Below the pieces are notes generated by a model. It had not been told where the DNA came from, made no database searches, and worked only from the letters and a program-made list of their open reading frames with translations. A DNA stretch of 64,000 nt, filler included, from Porpidia crustulata (taxonomy: Eukaryota), in assembly GCA_964255105.1 (NCBI GenBank). It is 5 parts of 5 records of this genome, joined end to end, with 100 filler letters (N's around TTAATTAATTAA, not from the genome) between each part and the next. Parts side by side here need not be neighbours in the genome. Positions count along the whole stretch, not along the records: positions 1 to 12,759 come from CAXUWE010000489.1; 4 more parts are not named here. The stretch is one strand, 5' to 3'. The translations under genes and the position numbers were made by a program. Positions 1 to 10,541 of this stretch are shown in pieces (position 1 is the stretch's first letter; each line of letters starts with the position of its first letter).

Positions 1-3000
1 GGAAGATGGGGGGGGGGCTTACGGTTCCCATAAAGGCTGTGGGGACGACGATGGCGTTGGGGTTGGCCGGCGCGTCGATGCTGCGGATGCGGTTGCCCAT
101 TTCGCCGCGCGGGATCTCGCTGGTGACTTCGAGCCGGCTGCGGTCGCTGGCGGTGACGCCGTTGATGTTGCGGTTCAGGATCATCAGGTTGCCCTCGGCG
201 TCGCTTTCGAGGTACACGTCTTCGGCGATGTCGGCGACGGCGGTGCTCCATACTGTCTGATAATGGCGTGCGACCTCGTCGAGGGTGTCTGGGAGGCCGG
301 CGGTGCCGCGCTTGTATTCGATGACGGAGATGCTTTTCATGAGGTCGGCGATGGCGATGGTATTGCCTCTGACGGCGATGTCGATGGGGGCGGTGGAGGT
401 GCGGTAAGAGGCTTGCTTTTGTAGGGTCTTGTCCGTGAGGGAGTAGATCACCACCTGAACACAATGTTAGTTGAGGTTTCGAAATAGGCGGGCGGAATGG
501 GGACGTACGGTCTTGACCAGCGCTGCAACGATGTTCCCATCTACTACTCCTATGGCTCGACAAGCTCCTTTCAGCGTAAGTTCCGCAACCAGCCGAAGTT
601 TCCGTTCTTGACCGACTGCAAAGACGAGAATCCTCCCACGAATGCTTTCGTCCTTTTTGTCTACATCGTCGAGGTATGCAGTGCCAACAACGAATCTTTC
701 TACGAGAGAACCGGATTCCTCACGAAGATCTGCCCTACAGACACTCTCGACAAGCTCTTCTACTTTCAATTCGTATGTGTCAAGCTCTTTGAACAGGACC
801 TCATCCGCCAGCTTGAAATGACTTTGTACAATTTCGTTGCCATATCTCAGTGTTCGTCGAATCGTGCCCATTCCGAAAGCTTTGAGGTTGGGTGAGTACT
901 GCACCCTTCGAACGGTCTCGTGTACGGATAAAGTCTGCACGTGGGTGGTGCGCTCGGTATCAACCAGAGCAAGTCTGAGATCTTGGTCTGTAGAAATGGC
1001 TATTGCTTCCGGATACGCTTCGGAGTCGAAAGGACACACGCAGGACGCCTTTTCGGCGGTGATGGCAGAGTATATAATCCTCCCTTCCAGCCCGTATATT
1101 AAGCTTGGATGTTCGCACGTTGCAAAAACACTGAAGAGGCCATCACTTTTCGGTAGAGCCTTGAATTTAGCTTGTTCTGTGCCGAGTACCATGGCTTTCC
1201 TTGATGATAGGGTAGCATTGGTGGTATTGTAAGAGAATGTTATAACCTCTCCATTAGCCATTGCTATGAATAGAGTGGGTGGCTGATCTAAAAGAATCTG
1301 GGTGAGAAGTATGGAACGTGGTATAGTGATGTCGTCCTCGTTCATGGTGATGCTTCGAATAATTTCCATTGTGTCTATCTTGAACACTACGACTGCTGCG
1401 CTTTGCCAGAAACCAGCGATACATACATCAGTGAAAATCGTAGGCACATGAATACATGCGACTTGGCCCTCATCCGTGAAGTTCCTTCGTGCCTTGACCT
1501 GAAGATTCTCGGCGAGATCCAGAATGACGGCCTCAGAGCCTCCAATCGACAAGGCAAGCCTTTGGTCATTGGCTGATGCCGCTGTGATACTGAGCCCAGT
1601 AGGAGACGACCATTCCGATATCAACATCCCATTCTCCGGGTCGACGATGCGGGCTGACGATGGAGTCACTTGAAGTAGGTGATTGCTTGGAAGGTTGGAG
1701 GCAAAGAGAGTGCTTTCTGATGATGATAAGCCCTTATATTCGGCTACCTCTTCAACTTCTCCATCTGCGTCAAATCGAAATACTCTGGTTTCATCGACAA
1801 ACGAAGCAAGAAGCAGATCCATGTACTGAGACTCGCTAGTGGATCGAATTCCAAAGAGATCGATTATATGTTCCATTTCTCCCAAAAGCCCCTGCTCTTC
1901 TAAGCCAACTCCGCTTCGAACACTTCGAAGGCTACCGTCTTGGAACGCTCCAGAGCCAGTGACTACCCGTGCCTGTCCGGAAGAAAATTCATTTGTTTGT
2001 GATTCACCTGCTCGGTGCCCCATGTCCATGATGGTAAAGTCCAAAATGGGCGCAATGTTCGGGAGCGTTTGCACTACTTCAAACTCCTTTTCCAGTACCC
2101 TGATAACTTTTGAATCACCTTGGTGAGATCCAACGAAGACGTGGCCGTTATCCAGATATACCAGAACCGACGCTCGAGAAGTGTGGCCGATCAAATCGAG
2201 CTTCCAACCCACAACTTCATCATCTTCCCCTAGTAGGAGCATCAGGAAGTACAATTTCCCGTAATCATCACCTAAGAGCCAGCGTTGCGCATCAATTTGC
2301 TCCCAAGCCACAAAAAGGGATGCTTCCTCAAGGGGTTCTATTAAGGTGTGACCAGAAACCTCGTCGAGATAGGCAATCGATGTCTCTGCAAGAATGAGGA
2401 GGCCATCTGTAGTTGTAAGCGCACACTCGGGTGATTAAAATCGCTTCGTACATACAAGCTGGCGCTGGTACGGGTATCAAATGACTGGCCCCTAGTTCCA
2501 GATCATTACGAGCATCGAGGACTTCCTCAAGGCTTGCATCGCCTTGCTCCCCGCTGCCACCTGCAGAATAGTCTAGTATCCTAATGCTAAGACAAACCTT
2601 TCTAAGATTATCTTCATAGAGGAAAGCAAGCTTGGTTCTTCGCTTATCCTTGCCACCACGCCAATGTACAAAAGCCGAGGATCGCACGGAGAGGTCAGGA
2701 ATCCTAGTCGCGACGGGATCACCCAGAAATCCTGCTGGAGGGTTTCCTTTCTTCTTTCCTGGTTGCGATATCGGGATTACTGTAACAATCCCATCGTACA
2801 GTTGCAGGGCCAAGAATTGCTTCGAAGGATCGACCAAACACCGATCAAAAGTTTGCGAGTCCCTAGATGTCTTATCTGCTGCATCAGTATACCTGGTCTC
2901 CGTACGTAATTGACGCAGATTCTCGTCCCAAGACACAGTAAAGTACTTATACTGGTCGGTACCGATAAAAAGGTGCTCGGTCGGAGAGTTTGCGGGCTGC

Positions 3001-3255
3001 AACTTCTCGAGCATGAGGACCTTGCCGTAAATGGATCGGGCGTGAGATAACACGAGGCCATCAATAGTCTGACTGTATATTTCCAAGCGGTTGGCTTTCC
3101 TGTAAACAATAAATATTATGGATCTGATCTCTCGATCATGGAGGATCTTCGTGAACTCACGCTACAACCAAGCATTCGTCATCTGGTGTGAGCAATCTCA
3201 GCTTGATTGCATGCCGTATGCTGCTAGACCGATGTATGGGAGCCAAATAAGCCAT
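1..3255 (-). CDS. DDB1: DNA damage-binding protein 1 (DDB1, CUL4 adaptor), multi-exon, 3' end cut off by contig edge
   Basis: ATG at 3255 gives MAYLAPIHRSSSIRHAIKL. ORFs 2328..3086 and 467..2311 carry DDB1 motifs (YLDNGHVFVGSHQGDS, NIAPILDF, TGSGAFQDGSLRSVRSGVG, RFVVGTAY). Introns near 3100-3160, 2407-2456 and 455-507. The last visible exon has IAIADLMKSISVIEY and VARHYQTVWSTAV. Confidence 0.95.
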
Positions 3256-3800
3256 CTTGGACCTTCACCGATTCTTGGTTCGAACTTCTGTTGATGGAAC
3301 GTGAAAGCTGAAGCCGTGGAGTACACTTGACCATGGAAGTATATAAAAGAAAACAGCTTATAAACATCCGGTATGGTAAGGCCAAGAGCGCTTCCTACTC
3401 GATGACTCTTAGGCAAGAAATCGATCGAACTAAGCTGGGGTGTCCGTAGCAAAATCGCAATTTCCATATATCCTCATTCGGAAATCTGGTCCAATTGTAG
3501 TTAATCACCGCTCCAAGAAGATGAAGAATTGGCATTGATGAACACCTTGGCGTACTGAATGGAAAGACATTCCTCTTGAAGATTGCGGGTAACTAGCATC
3601 GACGGGCAGCTCACTTTTCGGAGTCAAAGAAATATATCTTGCTGATAAACTGAACTGTACCTCTCACTAGACAGCGCGACTTTCTGTTTTGGATCTTGAT
3701 ATCTTCTTTGCAGTGTGAGTGTTCTGAATGGAGGTCCTCATCATGACTTCTCAGCCTTACCCGCTCGAGACATTCTTCGCGTAGGCGAAACTATCCGCGT

Positions 3801-3891
3801 CACCTTGTTGAAGAAAAAAATGGAAATGGGTCTCGCATAATTTCGCCTGATTTATACCAAAGCCATTTCCATTTTTTTCTTCAACAAGGTG
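3801..3891. mobile_element. 91-bp MITE-like element with perfect 29-bp terminal inverted repeats
   Basis: CACCTTGTTGAAGAAAAAAATGGAAATGG at 3801-3829 is the exact reverse complement of 3863-3891. CGT flanks both sides (3798-3800, 3892-3894), a possible 3-bp target-site duplication. Confidence 0.7.
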
Positions 3892-4334
3892 CGTGTCTAA
3901 CTTAAGATAAGTCTCGACGCTAGGGCTAGAAAACAACGTTATGTCAATGAATTAACAAGTTAACAACTGTTATTTTGTTATTCTTCTCTGTTCTTTAATC
4001 ATTTGTTAAGTAAGCAAAGAGTACTATTAGCGGCTTTTCGATTGCTAGATGAAGCGAGAATCGATATATGTTTTACTCGGCTAATCTAGACTACGGCCAG
4101 GTGGTTCGATGATTAGACAAGGATACTATCTCTATCCCTCTCAAGTCTGTGAGTGATAATTTCGTTGTTCAAGACCATACTCCTCTGCCAAGCTGAAAGC
4201 TCGAGTTCACCGCAAACGGGTCCGTTCTAGATCAACGGCTCCTTCCCAGACGAGCCGGATCATTCGTCGCTCGGGGTAGAGGGGGCTTTGGGGACCGTTT
4301 AGTGCTATGCTTATAAACGGCTCTATGGACGTAC

Positions 4335-4598
4335 CTATTCAGCCGCCAGAGGCTCAGCTGCATCGGCAACCCGCGGGTATGTCCCGTAGCTGGCGTACGA
4401 GCCATAAGAAGTTGGGGCTGGAGGTGGAGGCGGGTAGTTGTTGTACGTGCCGTAAGTGCCATACTGGCCATATGCTCCATAGTCGGCCGGGGCAGCCTCA
4501 GCTTCTCGTTTGTCGGTTCCAGTGGGAATGGGACTCGCAATGACCATTTGAGCCGAGGCGAATGCCAGTAGGGCGAGGAGGTTCTCAGTGATCTTCAT
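4335..4598 (-). CDS. Small secreted Kex2-processed Tyr-rich repeat peptide (87 aa); putative RiPP precursor
   Basis: MKITENLLALLAFASAQMVIA|SPIPTGTDKR-EAEAAP-ADYGAYGQYGTYGTYNNY-PPPPPAPTS-YGSYASYGTY-PR-VADAAEPLAAE*. It has a signal peptide, a KR site, X-A/X-P dipeptides and Tyr at every third residue, and lies divergent from a UstYa-like gene. Confidence 0.85.
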   Translation of the reverse strand: MKITENLLALLAFASAQMVIASPIPTGTDKREAEAAPADYGAYGQYGTYGTYNNYPPPPPAPTSYGSYASYGTYPRVADAAEPLAAE

Positions 4599-5615
4599 GA
4601 TGAGTATCGGGAAGTGAAGTAAGAATGGAGATTTCGAAGACGTAAGATAGACGCTTTCAATTTGTTGAAAGCTTCCAGCAGAGAAGAAGAAGAAGCCGAT
4701 CTTATAGAGAATGAAACGGGAGCTGGCGTTCTCACGGCTGCGGGGTATGACATACCGTCTCCTCTTGATGGCACATCCAATAAGTTTCAGGGAAGGCCTT
4801 AAACACTCAGGCTCCACGAGTCTTGCTGCCGAGTACGGACCCAACATGCTTCAAGATTATTGCAGGGTCGATGAGACAGCGCATGGGGCGATCGAGACAT
4901 CCTGGCTTTGAAGTATAAATGGCCAAATCCACGTTATAGAGGCATGCTGAGCGACTTGATCCTGACCTTGTGTTGTCAAGAAATATATTGATACGGATAC
5001 AAGCGTGCTACGCGCTCCCCTGGTGGTCCGACCTGGATGCGGTGCAGCTAGTTAGAAACGTTATATTCCAATTAGAGTGACGGATTAGCTAGCTGCCTAA
5101 AGTTAATCCATTGATTCTTATGCCGGAGAGAAGAATATCGCTAGCTCTATTAAGCTAGCCAACTTCTTGGTGCTTCTGAGAAGCAGCTGGGTACGTATAA
5201 GTAATCAATAATGGTTACCACTTAGTAACCAGCAGGTGCTGGGCCGAGAGCTTAAGGCACCCTCAAGTTATCATACTAAGCAAGGTAAGCAAGTACCCCG
5301 CTCTTCCTTCAGATGTGGGATGGCATGAGTGTATCGATGTTGCCCCGGGCAATCCGAGGATGTAAGGCATCTGGCTGAAGATGACTCTGCTTCTTGCATC
5401 GCCACCATGCATCTCTGTACCCGAAGATCGTCCCGTCCTGGTCACGAGAGGAGACAGGCAGCGATTGAATCGATTGAGCTACCAATGTGCTGGAGCCAAT
5501 CCCCAAACCATGTTCTTCGACATTGTTGCCTCATCTTTTCAATTTTCCCAAAATGCACTGGAATTACTAGTATCTACTCACCCTCCAAGTTGCCTGTTGA
5601 ACGCACTTTTCCACG

Positions 5616-6696
5616 ATGTTTGAATATCCTTGGAAGAAAAGCTTCAATTATAGTCATGTCTCACAGACAGGGGACTGCAAAGCATTCATCTCAGGATCAG
5701 ATAGCACAGAGACGCTAGATTCACCATCAAAGACCAGACCAACACGGTTCTACTTTTCTTTGCTCGTGACACTATTCCTGGCGATTACTTGTTTCCTTGG
5801 AGCATGGCTGGGCAGTCGCCGGGTCGCTGACTTGGCTTCGCTATGTACTGGACAGATTTCCCAATATTGTATGCCAAAGTCAATGATATTTATATCCAAT
5901 TGCTGATTCATATTTCAGCACCGTTTGTGAAGGACGTTGGCCTAAAATATGAGATCGTAGCTTTCAACGGCTCGTTGCTGAGAGAGAACGTATTCCGGCA
6001 GGATGCAGGGCCAGAGGTTGACGCAGCATGGACTTCCTTGGGCGTTGACTGTGAGCCCTCGCGATGACCGAATAGACCTCCTGGCTAATTATGCAATATT
6101 ACAGACAGAAGTGTGATCATACGATCTGATCAAGCGGAGAAGTCAGGCCTCTCTGAGATCCAAGTTCGATTGAATAATCGTTACGGGGGAGGTTATCCGG
6201 CCAATGTCGAAGGGCTACACCACTTACACTGCCTTGTAAGTTTCTTTGAGAACACCGCAACTCAATTTAACCTATCTACTCTTTAGAATCTTCTCCGGCA
6301 GTCGTTGTACTACAACTTCGATTACTACCATGAACGCGGCGAAGGCGCCTTCAAGAACACAGACGATATCCTGCGTTTCCACGTCTGTGAGTGCTTCACA
6401 TCTTTTCTTCCGCCGCTACCCCAATACATTGAGCAGGACGCTAACATGCTACAGCCCATTGTCTAGATATCATCCGCCAACAGCTGATGTGTACCGTGGA
6501 CGTTGGTATTCTCGGCCAAGTATGGTGGGACAAGGAACAGCCCAAAGCTTATCCTGATTTCAATACCAAGCACAAATGCAGGAATTTTAACGCGGTGCGG
6601 CAATGGGCAGAAGAGCATCAAGCGCCTGTAGATGTGCCGTTGGATTATCTGAGGCCGCCGATCAGTGCTGAAGCTGTTTATGGCAGTATACCTTGA
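5616..6696 (+). CDS. UstYa/DUF3328-family oxidase with N-terminal membrane anchor, 5 exons
   Basis: Splicing introns 5869-5918, 6051-6104, 6236-6286 and 6387-6454 gives one frame: TM segment FYFSLLVTLFLAITCFLGAWLG, then FNGSLLRENVFRQDAGPEVDAAWTSLG, ANVEGLHHLHCLNLLRQSLY, RFHVSHCLDIIRQQLMCTVDVG and DFNTKHKCRNFNAVRQWA. Two HxxHC motifs and the LMCxxD motif are typical of DUF3328. Confidence 0.93.
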
Positions 6697-7125
6697 TTGT
6701 CAAAGGTCCAACGCAAACAATTGGTTTATATCCTGTTGCGGGTGTGAGGGTAGTATGTAGAGTGCTCGAAAATGTGTAAATAATCCCAATGTTAGCTAAT
6801 ATTCTGAAACTATTGCCACATGCCACACTAAATAGCTCTAGCAATAATCTACCATACGCGCCATTGATGGACTTTGAAAGTGATTATTCTCGTTCACTGA
6901 ATGGCAGGGCCTTCTCCTCAATGGAAAGTGTATTGTGTAAGCGAGGAATCCCTCAATGCTCCTAGTCCAGGGATTGAGACATTCCAGGTATACATCACGA
7001 TGTCACAGGTCCATGATATATGCAGCCTTTTAGGTTCATGTCAACAGAGACTCTGCTCTACTTGACCCGTCTGAGGCACTGAGGTATCGCTGTATTCAAT
7101 ATTCTGATCCCGATTTCAGAATTTA

Positions 7126-7581
7126 GCGAATCTCATCGGAAAAAGAAGCAAATCTATTAAATTTGCTTTGCACCGCGTCTCGCAATCGAAACACGAAGTA
7201 ACTTAATAATCTGAAGCGATGAAAATCATGATCTGTATATGTACATAAAATAAACACGCAATGATTAATTATGATCTGTAAATATCACTGCGTTGTGTAC
7301 GCACGAAGTGAACTGCATTTGAATGAAATTTGATAAAATTTGATGTTGTTTTTATTTTTGTAGCAAATTGAGCAAATTTGCTTTATAAATGCATTTAACT
7401 TCGTTCGTATACAGCACAGTGAATATAATGATGTATTATTTACAATTGCGTATTTGTTTTATGCGCACATACAGATCGTGATTTTCGTCGCTTCAGATTA
7501 TTAAATTACTCAGTTTATCGATTGCGAGACGCGATGCAAAGCAAATTTAACAGATTTGCTTCTTTTTTCGATGGGATTCGC
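7126..7581. mobile_element. About 455-bp AT-rich foldback element with long imperfect inverted arms (non-autonomous transposon relic)
   Basis: GCGAATCTCATCGGAAAAAGAAGCAAATCTATTAAATTTGCTTTGCACCGCGTCTCGCAATCGA from 7126 matches the reverse complement of the sequence ending at 7581 with 4 mismatches, all transitions. Pairing continues inward imperfectly for roughly 200 bp. No ORF. Confidence 0.75.
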
Positions 7582-7706
7582 GATAATTCACTTGAAGTCA
7601 TCTCCTTTTCGCGCTTAGCGACCGCTATCTAAGGTACCCTTGACTTATTTTAGGTGGTAGATTATCCCGTTTCCATGGCCCACAACATCTACCCAATCAT
7701 GCTACT

Positions 7707-8118
7707 CATTGGCATACGGAGACTTCGCCACCGCCTATGACGGATCCTTCTCGATCCTCTCATTTCGGTACTCCTCAAAAAAGGCCGCGAAAGTCTCCCT
7801 GTTCATGAATCCCATTACCTCATACCTCGTCCGCGCCACGCTTCCAGCTCCGTTGGAGTCTTCGAACAATGGCTGCATCTTGAATTGGCAATAGTGGCAG
7901 AGTGCCTCGGCCTGGTGAGTTGTAAGATCCTTCCCATCCTGGCGCACGACCAGTACGCTGCCGACATCATTCTGCCACTTCGGGAGCAGCGCCCAGCCCC
8001 ACTTTTCACTCTTGAGATCAGCATAGAGGTGCAGGAATGTCGCTGCTTGGTTTTCATACGGGTACGGATCCGTATTGCGGTCATCTTTTCAGGTTCGATC
8101 TGGGGGGTATTTCTGCAC
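7707..8118 (-). pseudogene. Degenerate fragment of an uncharacterised fungal protein gene with two in-frame stops
   Basis: One frame reads VQKYPPDRT*KDDRNTDPYPYENQAATFLHL...WGWALLPKWQNDVGSVLVVRQDGKDL...EALCHYCQ...EKDPS*AVAKSPYANE*. Stops are TGA (8089-8091) and TAG (7735-7737), each one transition from TGG. No clear 5' exon. Confidence 0.5.
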
Positions 8119-8677
8119 TAGAAAGGAGAGAAGCGGTGGGGATATCAATAAAGAGAATCAAGCCGGGCAAAGAACAAGACAAGAAGAGAAAAGACGCAAG
8201 CGAAAATTTGGTACTCTGCTTCTGTCGCATTTACAACGTTGACGTTCTTCTTCGCTACTCAGGTACAAGCTCATTCCTTGGGTCTGCTAAGCTTGAGATG
8301 GGAGAGAGGATCATGAAGGTAGCGGTCGAGCATAAATTTCTAGAATCGAATCGACCACGCAGAGGTCACATATCTTCAACAACTGCTGTAAGCGACCCTC
8401 AGCTATTCTAGCTGACTGGGCTACCGTGCTTGCTGGCGGCTGCGCAGGAATTTATTGGATCAATAAGACTGGGAGGAATTGTGCGGCGTCATAGCCTTTA
8501 CGCCGGGTTTAAGAGTTTTTGGTGGGTGCTAACAATGGATTGTAGCTTTACTCAGACAATGCTATATGGGGTATCTCAAATCATTCCCTTGACACCGTGC
8601 ACTTTGTCAACCTGTTGTCCCTGACCATTTTCCATTACCGACGATGACTGTGCCAGAGAACGTTGTGAAACTCAAGC

Positions 8678-10075
8678 TTATGATACTGTTTTACTCTTCT
8701 CCTCGTCCCCTGAATGGGCGCCTTCTTCGTCATCAGTCCCCCGATCCGTCTCCCACTCAACCCCTTCCTCGTCGTCTTCCTCAGTCCCTTCCTCGCTGTC
8801 CTCCGAGTCCGTAGGATCATCGTTGTGACCTGGCATTGACATATGCCTAGGGTTAGAATCCCCAGGAATGATCCGAGGAGCACTCATAGCGTTCAGCCAC
8901 TCTTCGTGGGTCATGTCCGAGATGAGGTCGGGGGCTGTCTCGCCAGGTGCGATGGAGAGTTGCTCGTCGTATGTGTCGTATGCTTGCGGATCCTGTTATG
9001 TCTCAGTACGCGCGTTCCCAGAAAAGTCGCAAGCATCCGCTTACGTCTTGATCGATCCATGACTTTCGTTGCCAGGGCTCCTCGCGCATAGCGTTCAGAA
9101 GCTTACTAGTCTCGGTTTCGGTTTCTTTGCCATTTGCGTCTGCATCGTCGACTTCCGTGGATTTGACAGACATGTTTACTGCTTTGGCCTCGGGTTCCTC
9201 CTCGCCGTTCTCGGTAGCACGTTGTGCGCGGGCTGGTTTCTCGAAGTCGATGAGAGCATCAAGGTGGGAGAAATGTGGACGAAGTTGGACGATAGCATCG
9301 ACCTTGTTGAGGTACAAGTTCTCTACGAAAGTTGTAAGTGCCATACAACTGCTAGCTCCCTGAAATGAATATCTTGTGTCAATAACTCACTTCCTTTAAA
9401 AACTCCAATGTAATAATTCGGATCTTTGCCCTCTTTGAAAGGGATAATTTGTCCGCCTAGGGTGATCTTATTCATGACATGTCCCTTGTTGTTCGCGTCA
9501 TCGAAATTTTCCAGAAGAGATTCTTGCGTTGGCCCTTCTATCGACGGTTTTTGACTATCTTTTGCTGCAGAACGAGGCTTTGAGCCAATACCAAACCCTC
9601 CAGCCATGCCGTAAGATCCACCCTCTCTTAGAACACGGCTCTTCCGCATCGCCTCTCCGTAGATGATGCCCTTCTCCTTATTGAAATTATGGTGGACGTC
9701 CATAGGAATATCAACCTCCACGAGGCCACATTTGGGCTTGATACGAAATTCTAGAGGTTTCTGTCCAGTTCTGTTGGAATAAGGTTGGTCGGGATCTCGA
9801 TTTGGATATTGAAGGATCATGACCTTCATAGTAGGTGTATTTATGTACATATCGTACTCGGCAGCGACATCATTACTTTCCTTATCAATTTCCCCATGAT
9901 ATCGATGTGCGTTTTTGGTCAGGTCTAATAAACTCATTGGAAAGTCCTCCACGTCGTTGGCAGGGAGAGCTTGTAGCTGAGCCTGCACAGAGTCTTGCCT
10001 CTCATCGATAGGGGTATGTGTCCAATCTGGGGTGGGTAATGGAGGATGTGCCATGCTAGACTTCTCAGACGCCAT
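8678..10075 (-). CDS. RPC37: RNA polymerase III subunit Rpc37/RPC5 (Sin-like N domain), 3 exons
   Basis: Motifs LQYPNR, EFRIKPKCGLVEVDIP, ITLGGQI, NYYIGVFKG and VDAIVQLRPHFSHLDA. ORFs 9323..10075, 9003..9344 and 8678..8914 join through introns near 9390 and 9044. Acidic C-terminal tail. Confidence 0.85.
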
Positions 10076-10541
10076 TTCGGACGCTGGAAGAGAAGTCTGC
10101 CTAGCAGCACCCTTGGTACGTGCCTCTCTTTCCTCTCAGGAGCTTTTATTTATCTTTGCAGCTGAGACAGGCGATATTGGCTTGATCTCTCAAGCGATAT
10201 TTTATGTTCACGCCGCGCTGCCTCTCTTACTCCAGTACTAATATTGACGTCCTCGGCACCCTTGTCCTTCTAATAACGATGCATAGCTAAGTGGACTGAT
10301 CTTGAATTAGAGAATGTACATAGGGTACCATGGTAAGATTCACACCGGAAGGTCTGGCGGTAAGCAAGGTTGAAATGTGAAGTTGTTGATCTCGAAAGTG
10401 AGGTCAAATAATTAATTGTTCGCGTCGTTAACGGCAATTGCGTCATTCCCGCAACTTTAAATATAAGCGCTTCTCACACTCATTGTAGGGCTGAGATATA
10501 GACTGAGCTTCTCTTAACTATGGACCCTGGAGATCTTCACA

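Noticed and set aside
4232..4334. GTACGT donor-like site right after the precursor stop codon, and the overlapping 102-aa ORF 4232..4540
   Set aside because: The donor follows the TAG, so at most it marks a 3' UTR intron. The overlapping ORF is an alternate frame of the precursor.
4599..4847. N-terminal extension of the 170-aa ORF upstream of MKITEN
   Set aside because: The signal peptide starts at the ATG at 4598; the upstream part looks like open 5' UTR or promoter sequence.
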